Shown: piece by piece, positions 1-12,843 of the stretch
Layout of the letters: every line of letters starts with the position of its first letter
How positions within the stretch are numbered: position 1 is the first letter of the stretch
Assembly (NCBI GenBank): GCA_023515725.1
Contig: JALDTO010000179.1
Coordinates: 136,039-200,038, forward strand
Length of the DNA stretch: 64,000 nucleotides
Direction of reading: 5' to 3'
From: Amoeboaphelidium protococcarum X5
Taxonomy: Eukaryota > Fungi > Aphelidiomycota
The notes under the pieces: model-generated
Database searches by the model: none
What the model saw: only the letters and a program-made list of their open reading frames with translations
Told to the model about the DNA's origin: nothing
Translations under genes and position numbers: made by a program

Positions 1-2217
1 AACCCCCCCCCCCCCATTGAGATTCATCATCAATATAAAAATCGATGAATCCTTTCGAGCTATACTTAGCCCCGACATCAGGATGACACTTTGATGGGGC
101 CAACAGATAACAGCACCTATAAAACTCATCTTAGTAACTACGCTCATATATTCGCCCATCTCTACCAATAGCTTGAGTATTTAAAAATACTCGAGGATTA
201 AATAACTTGAGAATACGCTTTAGCAAGGCGTGCACAGATACACCAGTCGAATTCGTAATCACATGACGTCCAGAAACTCCATAGATAGCTTTGTAGTACA
301 AATCTCGATAGAAGAATCGCATTATTTCACTTGCGAATTTCAAAGTTCTTTCACTATGATCTGCTGTACAAATTCCATAGCGATGCAAATCAAGATACCT
401 ACCATCCAACGGAATAGAATCGTAGTGAATCAGCGCGTTCATAACTTCGTCCGTATCAGTGCCCAGCATCTAGGTAATCTTATCGTAATCCACGGCAAAA
501 CATCGCGCTGTGTAAAGTTAGGACAAAAGAGTTCCTTTTATCATGAGCAATCGAATATCTTTAACTTCTTTAGCACAGTATGGTGTGCGCGTAAACTCGT
601 AACAGAGAGTATACAACGCTAGATAAACTAAACCAGGACTTCTCGCTTGGAAAATATTCATACCACACAGGGTGTGATGTACTTTAGCGAAACACCACAC
701 AAAGTGTGAGGCATTCACTAAAGCGATAAAATAAGATTTAGCTGCATTAAATAACACTTTTCTAGTATACTCGAGTCTCCTCTTTCATTTAAAAGTAACC
801 GCAAATGCAGAACACTTCTCGCTTGGAAAATATTCATACCACACAAGGTGTGATGTACTTTAGCGAAACGCATCACAAGGTGTGAGGCATTCACTAAAGC
901 GATAAAATAAGATTTAGCAGCATTAAATAACACTTTTCTAGTATATTCGAGTCTCCTCTAACCGTTGAAATTAACCGCAAATGCAGAACACTTCTCGCTT
1001 GGAAATTACTCATACCACACAAGGTGTGATGTACTTTAGCGAAACACCACACAAAGTGTGAGGCATTCACTAAAGCGATAAAATAAGATTTAGCTGCATT
1101 AAATAACACTTTTCTAGTATACTCGAGTCTCCTCTTTCATTTAAAAGTAACCGCAAATGCAGAACACTTCTCGCTTGGAAAATATTCATACCACACAAGG
1201 TGTGATGTACTTTAGCGAAACACCACACAAAGTGTGAGGCATTCACTAAAGCGATAAAATAAGATTTAGCTGCATTAAATTACACTTTTCTAGTATACTC
1301 GAGTCTCCTTTTTCATTTAAAAGTAACCGCAAATTTAGAACTGATAATTGAGGAATAGAAAAAGATCCCCAATAACGTCAGGAACCAAGATTTCGCGAGC
1401 AATCGGTTAATATTGCTTGAATTTATCGACAAGTTCCATACACTCTTGATCCGAAAATTTGACATCGTCATAATACCACCTTAGCTGAAACTGCGATGGA
1501 GATAGATTATATCTAGCTGTGGATAAACCAAAGCAGCAAACGCCAGTACTCTGCGAACTTGTTCACCGCTTTTTAGAGCACCCCAGAATGTTGGATGGCT
1601 ATAAATTTTTCAGTATCATCCATGATCAAATATCCCGTACTCAGCATGACATCATCAATGGAATGTCCCAATGTTCTGATGAAATATCAATTCAAATCTT
1701 GATCGGGCCTAAAATCCGCAAACGAAATATAATGGATACTTTTCCCATTACGCTACCAGTGATTGTACATCAAATTAGCAAGTGCTGTATTTCCAGTGAA
1801 CGAAGGCGATGTAATGAGCAACTACATTTGCCTCTCCATAGTGTCGGAAATTTTCTTCACGAGTTCAGAGCGATCTATTACCGGCATTCGAGCAGCACTT
1901 CAAAAAAAGCACCACTGTTTGGAGGGAATGGAATAATATTCACCGGCGACGACTGCTTCAAGGGAGGACGTGATATGCAGATTTCAATGCACGGTCCACC
2001 TTCAACATAGAATGCATTAGGGAGTGCTCGAAAGTCAGCCATCGTGGCAATCAGTTTATCAGCAGAGGATTAGTAGAGCTGCAATCGAGGAGCGTCGATT
2101 TGCCAGTGCTTTCTTGTATTTTTCTTTAATAACTCTGCGCAATTCGCTAACATCTTCAATACCGTCAGTTTTAATTTCGGTAGATAAACCACCATAGACA
2201 ACGCTGAAAAATAGCAT
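1..2217 (-). pseudogene. Crinkler (CRN)-type effector: N-terminal ubiquitin-like header, P-loop NTPase and C-terminal restriction-endonuclease-like domain; disrupted and truncated at the window edge
   Basis: With TAA/TAG=Gln the minus strand gives the header MLFFSVVYGG..EDVSELRRVIKEKY..DAPRLQLY, a degenerate Walker A (LLITSPSFTGNTALA), Walker B (YLIMDD) and REase-like ERSYQDEFYR..HPDVG..GFIDFYIDD..W. It has several frameshifts, an in-frame TGA near 1690 and a 703-bp repeat insertion. Confidence 0.75.
638..1341. repeat. Tandem array of four 176-bp units with internal hairpins, inserted in the CRN gene
   Basis: The unit start CTTCTCGCTTGGAAA recurs at 639, 815, 991 and 1167 (period 176). Units are near-identical and carry CACAC-NNN-GTGTG hairpins. 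Confidence 0.97.
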
Positions 2218-2814
2218 TTGTATTGATGAGACGATTGATTAGATCTATTGTGTAGCGTGAAAAAAGAGTCTAAATTTTACTCTCATTCTCCACTCACCGC
2301 TGCTTACAAGCATCCAAAGAATAACGTTTATTTTCTGAAAAGCTTGACATGCAGATGGATGGGCAGCACTAAGCCATATCTTTATGTTCATTTTCTTATA
2401 TGTAGTAAGTCTTGCTTAGAAATGATCGATATTGCCTCTCTCTCTTTAGCGGTAAGAGTGATAGCGTGAACTTTTCTACGCGCGTTGCACTGTACCGAAA
2501 TTTTATTTATAGAGTTTGAACATTAGCTTATTCAACATTTACGTACAGACGTGACAAAACAGTACATTTTAAGAATAATATTTCATATACAGAGAAAATT
2601 GACAAGTAATTATATTGCTGATTGAGAAAGACATTCTGTTTCATCTACATCAGCCACGCGGGAAGTGTTTGATCATCATCGCCTCTTCTCGGGGCATCAT
2701 CAACATCACAAAAATAGCGCGAATAACTTGTTCTGTTTTTTTATCACAATCATAATTCCAACTCCATCATCATAACGCTATATATTTTCTAGAATTAACA
2801 CAATCTGAGTAAAG

Positions 2815-3543
2815 ATGCCGCCAAAGCGAAGTACTCCATCAACGCCAAAAATGAAGAAGAAGAAGAGAGTCGATGGGGACGATGATGGTGATGCGGGAAG
2901 AGAGCATTTGTTCACACCTCCGTCAAAATCAGGCAGTAAACTGCCAGCTAATGGTAGGAAAAAGTAGAAATAGTCGTCTAGAAGTTTGGATAATTTTGAT
3001 GTCCCTGCTGTGAATTCTGATGGTCAAGATTCGCTACTGAGCAGTAGCTTAATTTAGACTCCACCTCCTTCTGTTAAACGGCCGCAATCATATATTTCCA
3101 CTGATTATAACAACCATAAACAAAGCGATACTTAGAATGATGGTATTGAGTCTGATCACAGCGACGACACGCTCCATCTGTAATCTCCATCAATCATCGC
3201 TGTGAATAGATCTCGGCTGAGAACACCTGATAATAAGTCTGCGTCCACATAGTTAGTGGCGCCATCTACTCCAGTCAAGGCTAAGCGATCCCCTTTGAAA
3301 GCCATTAGAATTCCGTAAAAAGAGTTGTAGGATGCTTTAAATACTTTGAGAAAGTTTGATTTAGATTACACGTATGGACCTAACGTTGGATTATCGCGTA
3401 AGGAGCGTTGGAGTAGAGCCCAGCGACTTGGTATGTATCCAGACGAGCGAATTAAGTCGCTGATTTAACAGTATGACAATGACATGTTCATGGAGGAAGA
3501 CAGAGTGAAAATACGGGAGCCGTTGTGGTACGGAGAATTGTGA
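2815..3543 (+). CDS. POLD4: DNA polymerase delta subunit 4 (p12/Cdm1) with a long disordered N-terminus
   Basis: 243 codons ATG..TGA in code 6. The C-terminal LRKFDLDYTYGPNVGLSRKERWSRAQRLG matches the POLD4 motif. Confidence 0.85.
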
Positions 3544-3843
3544 TATACTGAATATAAGATTTTAGTTTTGTGGAATATTTAATCAATTTATAGATGCTAC
3601 TAGAAGCCTTTTATGAACTTATGACATGCACTCATGAAAGTCTAAGTGGACTTTAAATCGAAACTTAAAATTTTGTTGTCAACTATAAATTTGACAAAGT
3701 GGCAGACGCCATTGCTAATAACACTCTAAATAAAACAAATGTTCGCTCAAAGGATCATCCATAGCGTTTAAGTTAATAGCGACTTATAGCGATTAGACGC
3801 TGATAGCTATCAGTGCAAATCTCAACCTATCAACTATTAGAGT

Positions 3844-4935
3844 TCACTACTGACTCTACTGTAATTCTTACGTGTCTTAAGCAGCTTCATTCACCACTGA
3901 GAGTTATATATGTCTCTACTACGACTACTATTATTGCATTTCTATTTGAGGCAACGATTGATCAATCTCCAATGGGAAACGAGTAACAATAGTATTAATG
4001 CCTCTTTATACCAATGACTCGCACTTTGTCATAGCAACATACATTATGCCTGCAAGAGCAAGGAAAGACCCCAATATTATCAAACTTAAAGGATAATCGA
4101 TGCCAGTGAATAAAGAAATCGCACTAGCAAAAAAACCAGCCGCCGTAGTCAGCCAAGTAATGGCATTCCTAAATTAACGGCCGTGCACTGGATTACCGTT
4201 AAAACTTAGAATCGATAGTCCAATTCCTATCAGGATATATATTATTCCTACAATGTATGGCGAGTACTAAAGAACTAAATTTAGTACTAATTTAGGGCTA
4301 TGGTCGGAGTAATCGTCGCGGAAAATCTCTATGGCCATACGACCGCGTATACCTTACGGAGCATTATATTAACTATTTCCAAACCCACGTTTACGCAACT
4401 GAGGCTGACGATTATTGTGAATAAATTATCTAGATTAAAATTTGCTTAATTGAGCAAATGCGTCTTATAAAGGCTAACGATTCTAGCCAGCTTGCGCTCG
4501 ATGGTAGCTATCTAGCGCCAGTTAGGACATTTAATCCAGATCGAATTCATCTACAGCATAATTAAACTCTTGGCGAAGTATTTGCTAAATAAGTGCGCCA
4601 TCAAATCTATCTTTACTTGGTCGCATTGAAGAGACATCCTACACTAGGCGGGAGAAGGACTTTTGCAGTACAGAAGGCGCGCTTTCATAAACTTCCAGCC
4701 AAAAGGATGGATTCATTATACTGTCAACGCCAGCGTTAGATTCCATCACTTTACGCATTACATTAGACCCAACACTTTTTAAAAATTTTAAAGATTGTCC
4801 ATCAGATAGACCAGACTTTACAATCGCCATCTAGGCACCGCGTGAGCAGAATGCTCCTGATTAAATCTGAGGATAGACCAGATTGGACCAAACGATCAAA
4901 TAGCTAAAGATGATACCAAGCCAGTAGTTTGCCAT
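3844..4935 (-). CDS. Uncharacterised signal-peptide plus C-terminal multi-TM protein, paralog A
   Basis: 364 codons open in code 6. N-terminus MANYWLGIIFSYLIVWSNLVYPQ, motifs FWLEVYESAPSVL and QLRKRG, then about 3 hydrophobic helices. Confidence 0.8.
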
Positions 4936-5392
4936 GTCCTTTGAATGAAACCGTATATATACTTCTACTATCAGTGATAATTTTTGAAGACCAAAGTGCC
5001 ATTTGCCTGATCAGAGAAAGTCATGAATAACTTGAAGCACGAGACTTCAAATCTCGAGATGCCCAATGTCTCACGTGTGTGAATGACTAGAAAAACCGCA
5101 CTAATCAAAGTTGAGATTAGTGGTTCTTCAAACGGGACATCTTGAGAATAATATGGATTTATCCTTCCAATTAAATGTGTGTGGCCCCAGCTTCTTTGAA
5201 GTAGTGTTGGTCAGACACGACTTGGTTTAAGTAAGGATTCGCAAGGTGAAGTCGTGTATTGTTCGCCAAAGCACAAGTCCACAGTAATTTAATGAAAGTT
5301 GATTTCTTAATGGCCATAGCATTACAGTATTTATAAAAAATAAAGTTTAATTTAGCATATTTATTTAAATGCAAAATCATGAAACAAAGCTA

Positions 5393-6472
5393 TCAATGTC
5401 TAGCCGTAGTTCCAGAGAGTACATCAATGTGGTTCTATGCTTAATCCGCACGAATTTACTCCAAGTGCATTGCAGCCAACTCTATCGCAGGCTACTCGTT
5501 CAACTCCGAATCGTAATCAGATGATTCAGAATCACTATCATCTTCCGGCAAAGGGAACCAATTGACACAAATACACCATATCACAAACGCAGCCACAGAA
5601 AAACTAGCAATAATTATAAGACCAATGTAGACTGGGCCTGATGTCAGTAAGAGTATTCCCGCACTGAATGCACCACACGCTGCAATAAGCAATGTGAAAA
5701 CTTTTCTAATCCTTTATCTGGGAGACAAGCCTTATCCTGATAAACTGAACAAGACAAGCGTGACACCAGTCATGATGAACAAGACTCCCAAGATAATTTT
5801 AATAGATTTTTAAGTGTTTGGTGACAATTGCGATATCACATCATCTCTATCCTGATCTGCAGCTCTTAATTCAATGCCAACTCCAGAATCGAATAACTTT
5901 CTCCCGTAGTAATTGCTTACACCTCTCTTAGTTAACAATCTTGAATGGCTGCTTTGCGCTAGATTATGTCGAAGCTGAGCCAACTCACTAAAAGCTTCAT
6001 CAGCTGTAATTACTTCAATATCTCCATTCAATGCTCTATGAAAGCTTTCCAACGCACCAGATGCAAAAATATCCATATCCTGTCTGTTTTATCTGATACC
6101 ATATTATTACATCAAGACTTTTTAAATAACACCACTATCAAACTATTGATTGTTGACAACTAATGCCTTCTCAACGCTATCTATTAGACGCGTCATGGCA
6201 GACTTGAGCACTTTAGGAGCCTAATTGTAAACGTCCAGCCAGTAATTTTAATCCATAAGTTTACCACCTTTTATTTAGAAGCTATCTGATCTCGCTGTAC
6301 TGAGAGCATCATTGCCAACGCGATACAGATACAAACGTGAATCCTAGTCAGACAATCCAGATGATAGCAGAGCAGTTTACGAGCGATAAGACAGCTTTTA
6401 AATGTGTGGATATACTATATTAGACCACAATATGAGATAGCTATAAAAAACACTGAGATAGATACTTTACAT
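5393..6472 (-). CDS. Uncharacterised signal-peptide plus multi-TM protein, paralog B
   Basis: 360 codons open. MQSIYLSVFYSYLILWSNIVYPH, SGLSD, YWLDVYNQAPKVL and SRLLTKRG align with paralog A. Confidence 0.8.
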
Positions 6473-6750
6473 AGTGTAGACGTAATTAAACTCTATAATT
6501 CAGACTTGGTCTCCAAAGTAGAGGATTAACGATGCAACACATGACTGGGGGCTCAACCAATCGTTTCAAGGGGCCATTGTCAGGTACGCGTTATTTGCAT
6601 CCTTATAGTAGTGCATTTCCATATGAAAATCAGGAATCTACGCTAACTGAACACGGTGTCAAAAGAACTTAAAGAGAGATTTAGGTGCATAAATTCTACT
6701 ATCATCATGATATCCATAGTGTGTCTGTCTAATTACTACTTCAATGAAAT

Positions 6751-7547
6751 TCACTAATAGTACAAATCACGATCAGCGATACGATCATAAACCTAAACGA
6801 ATCGATAATAGAACTCCAGATAGATCATAGTCAAATAAAAACCTATTCCAGCAACCTTATTATTTTGAAGTATCATCGCTAAGTCACTGAGCATCAAACC
6901 AGCACCAACCAGTTGATTCATGCCAGGAACCGGGTCTAACAACTATTCCAGAGATCGATAGTAATCTGACAGGCTAGTATAAAAAGAATACCCAATAAGA
7001 ATCTCCAAGGAGCCAAAGAACACGCGCAAATTCTCAAGATTATCCCCTAATAGACTTCGTTTAAAGAGAGATACGTCTGCTACGCGTGTGTGCCTGAGCG
7101 ACCCAACTTTATCCTGCTCTTTTCTATTCTTACCCAGCTCCGTCTAGAATTTTTTAAATTATTCGTAGATTATAATACCATCTTTATTGGATACTTTTAT
7201 CCCAAATACAGAACTAAAGAGTTTTTGGATTAGGCTAGCATCGACGTGATCAATGTCGTTCTTTGCAACGACAGTTACCAAGGATTACAGCGCGTACTTT
7301 AATTTAACAGGTGCATTCATAGAAATATCAGCCAGGAATTCGCTAGAAAATCCAGGATTCTTAATTTTTTAAATATGCATTTTTAAGCAAAGTAACTGCT
7401 TACTTGCAAAAGATAATCTGTAGATGTCTTATCTTTAAACGCTCTTGCGATTCCAGCTGCTTGGTCAGTGTTAATGCATCTGTCCTGGAATTACACCATT
7501 GCATCGTATAGAGATAGGTACGTCATAATAATCACAAGCAATATCAT
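6751..7547 (-). pseudogene. Paralog C of the same family, frameshifted near 7380
   Basis: The signal-peptide frame (MILLVIIMTYLSLY..) switches near an A-run around 7380 to a 210-codon frame containing FLADISMNAPVKL, DASLIQKL, SLFKRS and TM helices. Confidence 0.6.
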
Positions 7548-7767
7548 AATAAGTCGTCTGATAGTACTTTTTGGAAAGTAGTAAACACATTTTGGGCCAA
7601 AATTTTAAGTTTGATCTAATGCATGTCACGGATCGCGTTACGTTTCAACTGCGTGTGAATTACCACGTTTCTAGTAAACAAAATACACGGCGCAACGCAG
7701 TTAAACCTCAATGAATTGGAAGGATCAATGTAACGCTAAAACATTTAATAATCGATCTATTCATGCT

Positions 7768-8565
7768 TCATCTATTAGTTTGAATGTATCTCATCGACAT
7801 GAAGTGAATAACGCTGCGCAATATCATGGCTAAATAAAGACAAAGTAACGCACTCGGCGTATCTTACATAGTCATACTAACCCCAGCCGACATGTGCCCC
7901 ATTGCTTGGACTAACTCCTGTAATAGAACAGGAAAGCTTAATCTTTACGTGCCAGCGGCCAAGGGCTCCATTGCCACAGTTGCTATATCTAATCCAATAA
8001 AGATTTGAGTAAATCCAACTAAAGCACGCACTCTACGAAGGGTAGTTTCATCATTCGACCGCTTTTGCAACAATCGAGAATTTACCTTCTGACCGATGGC
8101 GTTATCTGTAATGGCTAGTAAGTCAAAATCCTTTAGATTCTCTGTGTAAACAGAAATTATATCGGTAGTAATGTCCAAAGGCAAAACCATACCAAATTCT
8201 TCGCAAGAAAGACGCTGTATTAAGGAGGCATCTATCTCAGGGTAGACTTTGGTCAGGCGATGTAATTTCAACAATGATCTCTCTATCACGACATTCAATT
8301 GCTATGGCGCATCTTCATATATCTGCTCTAGATACTACTAACGATACACAGACTAAGGGCCAAATTAATCAATTAAATATAAGCTCTCTTCTCCAATGCT
8401 TTCCAGATAGCTGAGCGATTTCCCAGACAGCAGATTTCTAAGGTGTAGATTGGCGTGTGAATTAGATGCGACACAAGCGATATTATCTGATTGTCCATCA
8501 AATTTGCGCAATTGCAGACCGAATAAGGACGCAGATAAAAAGCTCAACACCAGAATTATTAGCAT
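7768..8565 (-). CDS. Paralog D of the same family
   Basis: 266 codons joining supplied ORFs 8365-8586 and 7945-8298. Signal peptide MLIILVLSFLSASLFG, YLEQIYEDAPQQL, DASLIQRL, SRLLQKRS and C-terminal hydrophobic helices. Confidence 0.75.
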
Positions 8566-9221
8566 AGTCTCTGTATAAGTAATCACTTTTGAAATTACTG
8601 ATGGCAGGGAGAAAAAGATTTCATCGTATTCGCACTTTCAATATCACGCCAGGGGTCATTTAAACGCGTGTTAATGTGAACCTTTGAAGTTTCAATGAAG
8701 CTTATCTGCAGAGAGACAAATATATATATAGAGCCCTGATACTTTGGACTTGGATAAATGAAGCATAATAACAACGGAACATGCCACGTCCGGGTAGTAT
8801 AGCTTAAGAGCTTTAGACTCATCCAATGCACAGACAGTTGTTATACATTCATCACAATAACTAGAAATGAGCGGTTGGCTAAGATTAGAACGAGGATTTT
8901 GCCCGTTGGTCTCACGCTTTTCATATTGTGAAGAAGCTATGAATGGAGTAATTGATGAATGCAACTCACTGCATTTCTTTATAAAGGATATGAGTATAAA
9001 GCATTTCCGTGTTTTGACCTTGACACGTCCCGTTCCACTTCATTTCATAAAGCTGGACGTTTGTAACATGCTGCGCAGTGGTGCCGCGAATACTTTCTCA
9101 ATACTGTTGTAACAAGTCAGTCAATCAATCGAACAGATTATCAGGAAACGTGCAATTTCTAATGATATTGGAATAATTAAAAAAGGTGAAATGCGATAAA
9201 CAATGCAATTTCGATCTCATA

Positions 9222-11510
9222 TCAACGCGTCAACAGCTTAACTATAGTTCCCATTGGAGCTTCAAAAATTAGAAATACAACGGCTGCAGTTAAATAACTC
9301 CAAAGCATAATGCCACCAAATCCATTCACAGCCACTGGCCAAGAGTAACTTTGTTCCCGCAGCTCACTACCCACCCAGATGTTGATATATATCACATGAA
9401 TCATGTACACCAGAAACACCAATTTTGACAGCACAGTCCAAATCCTAGCAGACGCGAGTTTACTGATCAACAACAACCTGGAGCTGTCCACAGAATCTCC
9501 ATCAATAGCTGTGAACACTGGTGCAACGATGGAAGGCATAACAAGCAGAGACAATCCGATAGACCACAACCATCTTGAATAGAAATTATAAAATGAATTT
9601 GCAGCAGCAGATTACCAGCGAGTAAGATGACGGACATAATCATACGGCAAGTATAGAACCAAGAGCATCAAGAAGCCTCCTAGCAATTAAATCAGCGACG
9701 CCAACAATCTCCATTGCGTGATGCTTATCTGCTTTCGTTCAATGTAATTAGACAGCAATTTGCGCAGATTAATGCAAGCATATGCAGCCAAGATGCCGGT
9801 CAACATTACAGCACAGTGACTATAACTCTTTTAATAATAATACTCTTACCAAAAGTTGAGATCATTGTGCACCTCACTGTTAGAATGTTCCGAATTAAAT
9901 ACCGGCGTGGGTAGTGCAGGTATTTTATACACCATTGATGGTACAAACGTGTACAAGAAATTGCCAATAACACCAAAAACGATGATAGAGAGCCATCCCA
10001 AGCGTCTAATCATCTTTCGTTTAGCCAAAATAGGCACCAAAAAGAATGGAAGCAATACATAAAGCTACATATCAGCAGAGACGTACCACAACGCGGGAAA
10101 GCACTGATTAGCCAAGATTTGTGGATAGAAATTACTAATGTACAGCAAATGAGTCCACCAAAACTTCGGGCATTGACTATTGATACGCTCAACATTAGCA
10201 TACCACATTGGACTTCCGCCAAACGAGTTTCCACCACCCACCAGCGGAAATAAAAACCAGTGAGTGAATAGTATCATCATTGCAGCAGGAGTTAATCTCA
10301 AGAATCTAAACAGGACATACTTGAAAAAATTAAACTTTTACATACTTTTAGGATCAGACACGAACATGTACGTGACAAGAAATGCAGATAGGTAAAAGAA
10401 AGAGTCCACAGATAGAAAGGAATTGAACAGCACCATCATTGGTGGGGTCTTGGCAAGCTCCATCAAATCAAGAGGATCAAGCGTGGCAGTCTCCAGAAAA
10501 CTTCCCAAACTGTGTCCAAATGCAACCCAGAATATAGACAGCACTCTGACGACATTCAGGATGCGCAATTCTTTAAATCTCTTAGACTCGGTATTAAATA
10601 AGAATGGTAGAGTCTCGTACAATGAGAAAGCACGCAATACTTAAACACCGAAATTCGGCTTTGGATTAACTTTACGAGTGTATTGACTACCAATGGCGTT
10701 GAACAGGGTGTCACGCGACGACTTTGGCAATAGCACGGTGCCATCCGGGGACTATCCATCTACTGAGTGACTGATGTTGCCACCAACAATAGAATCAGCT
10801 AAATCATCTTCATCGGTCTACTACATCAATTTACTTTAAAAAGCAAGCTTATATGCACTATCAACCTAGCGATACTATTTAGAATAATCAATGGCAGTAC
10901 TGAAAATAGTTAACAATGCAAAGAAGCCCCACAGAGACACAATAACAATTGAGCCAGCGGACCATTCCACAGGCTTAAATACGTGCACTTTATCCACCAC
11001 ATAATTAATGGAGCTCCCTTTCTATGCCATGATAGATCCTTACCAAGCTTGACTAGCCGCCAATACCAAAGATGGATACTTGCTTAGAGACGCGTTATTC
11101 AGAGTATCACCTTCGAGCAACTCGTTAATATTCTCCACCACCAGCATGAATATAGAGATGACGTCGTGCATATTGTCACAAGATTGCGGTACACAGATGC
11201 CCAGAGTGGATTGCAGGGATGCAGACGTGTTCCCATAGTTCAGCTTCAATTTACCTTCGACTGTGACTTGATTGAATGCCACCTGATTACCAGCAGAACC
11301 ATCAAGGCGAACACACTCCTTAAAGTCACCTAGAGATGTAAAAGCACCACGTAAAATACCAACAGGCTTACCCCAGCTGTCCATTGCCTGCAGTAATTCG
11401 GGAGCATCCGCAGTCAGCTTTCCCAATTGGTCGCCACATTGCTCAGTGTTGAATTAAGCGCTACACAGCCCAACCAAAGCTAGTAATTAATCCAACTTCC
11501 AGACTCTCAT
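9222..11510 (-). CDS. NRF-6-like membrane acyltransferase (NRF domain plus acyltransferase-3)
   Basis: 763 codons in one frame joining five supplied ORFs. MDSWGKP..G..LGDFKEC, RVLSIFWVAFGH, SVDSFFYLS, RFLRLTP and WYVSADMQ motifs. Confidence 0.9.
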
Positions 11511-11855
11511 ACTAAATATATATTCAGAGGCTTTTTCTTAAACAAAAAGAGAACGATCTTATAGATATATTCCAATTTCAAGCAGAATCGATAAAGAATC
11601 TCTTTATCTAAGCAAATGAGAAATTTTATGCTAACCGCGTGAAAAGTCTACCGCGTGACCTGTTTGTGGCTGGATCTGACTTTAGAATGGCTTACCGTCT
11701 CATTTAAAGAATTCATACATATAAGTTGAACTTATATGTGCAATACATTATGGAGTCAACAACCTAATCAATTTTAGAAGTAAAATATATTCATTGATAA
11801 AGGATCATCGATCCAAGTTCACTCAATCAGCCAACATATTAGATACTGAGCGAAA

Positions 11856-12843
11856 TCATTCGCTTCGGTATAAAGCTTCTTAAGTGATCTAAAATTCTTC
11901 AACATCAGTGTGAAGATTCGTCAAAATATCATAATTTTGCTTGTGATACTGGATTAAGGCACTGATGAGATCCACCAAGTTGCGAATCGTCTCTGGCGAC
12001 CCAACCACCAACTTCACCTTATACTAAGCATCCTTCAACGCGTCATTAAAAGTCAACTCGGCCTTCTCCATATCCACCTGAACTTGCGGAGTAGGCGCAT
12101 TCTTAAAGCGAGTCTTGGTGACTTCAAAATGCTATTTTGCACTCCATAACTACTTCTTGGCCTTGATGGCAAACTGGATGTTGGTGTTCAAAGTGGCACT
12201 AAAAGGCTGCATAAACTTGTTGGCCACCTCCTCTTCCAGCTTGAGACGGGTGAATCCAATCTCATCTTGAGCCTCAGCAAATCTCTTCAAAGCGGCACCA
12301 AGAGGATCCTCTTGACCAAGTAGTACTCCATGTTGATGTGAAGCTTTAGCAATGGCATGAGCAAGAGTCTTGGGAATCTCCTCCTGTGCACCGCTACCAC
12401 TACCACCGGTGGACGAGAATTGAGATGCTCTAATCGGACTACTTGTAATAGGAGACTCAGCTGCTTGTTATTATTAGGATGCAGGTGGCTTTAATTGCCC
12501 AAAAGCCTCAGACATTTTAGAGTAAATGTCTTTCAAGTTCTCTCCAACTGATGGATCATAATCAGTCAAAGTCAGTGGACGATACAGTCTTAACATGGTC
12601 TCATACAGCGACTTGACTTGTTCCAGTTTTTACTCTTTTGCCAGATATTCCGGAGGTAGCTCGCACACGCAATCTACATTATAATTACACTATTAAGGTT
12701 TGAAGAGGCTTTAAAATAAAAGTACAAAGAATATTACCTGGATCAACCTGAACTAATTTATCGCCAGTTAGCTATTTCACCTGACCAATACCCTCCTGAA
12801 GTGACTTGGTAAAATTCCCAAACGCGCTCTAGAATCCGTTCAT
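11856..12843 (-). CDS. GVP36: BAR-domain protein, Gvp36-like (one intron, about 12674-12737)
   Basis: ELPPEYL and PKTLAHAIAKA motifs with a helical BAR pattern. A 64-nt GT..AG intron restores the frame. Confidence 0.75.

Noticed and set aside
1-15. C13 run as a telomere or element terminus
   Set aside because: It is a homopolymer at the window edge with no periodic unit, and cannot be distinguished from an assembly artefact.
518-1109. Repeated MLFNAAKSYF ORFs in the supplied track
   Set aside because: Artefacts of the repeat: 176 is not a multiple of 3 and the starts are non-ATG.
638-1341. CRISPR-like or omegaRNA guide array
   Set aside because: Units are near-identical over their full 176 bp with no unique spacers, and I see no similarity to the Fanzor 3' flank.
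1519-2010. 163-aa + strand ORF and similar antisense ORFs (28517-28996, 60597-61007, 46744-47136)
   Set aside because: These are shadows of real genes on the opposite strand.
8595-9112. Short overlapping ORFs between paralog D and the NRF-6 gene
   Set aside because: No recognisable motif or convincing gene structure.
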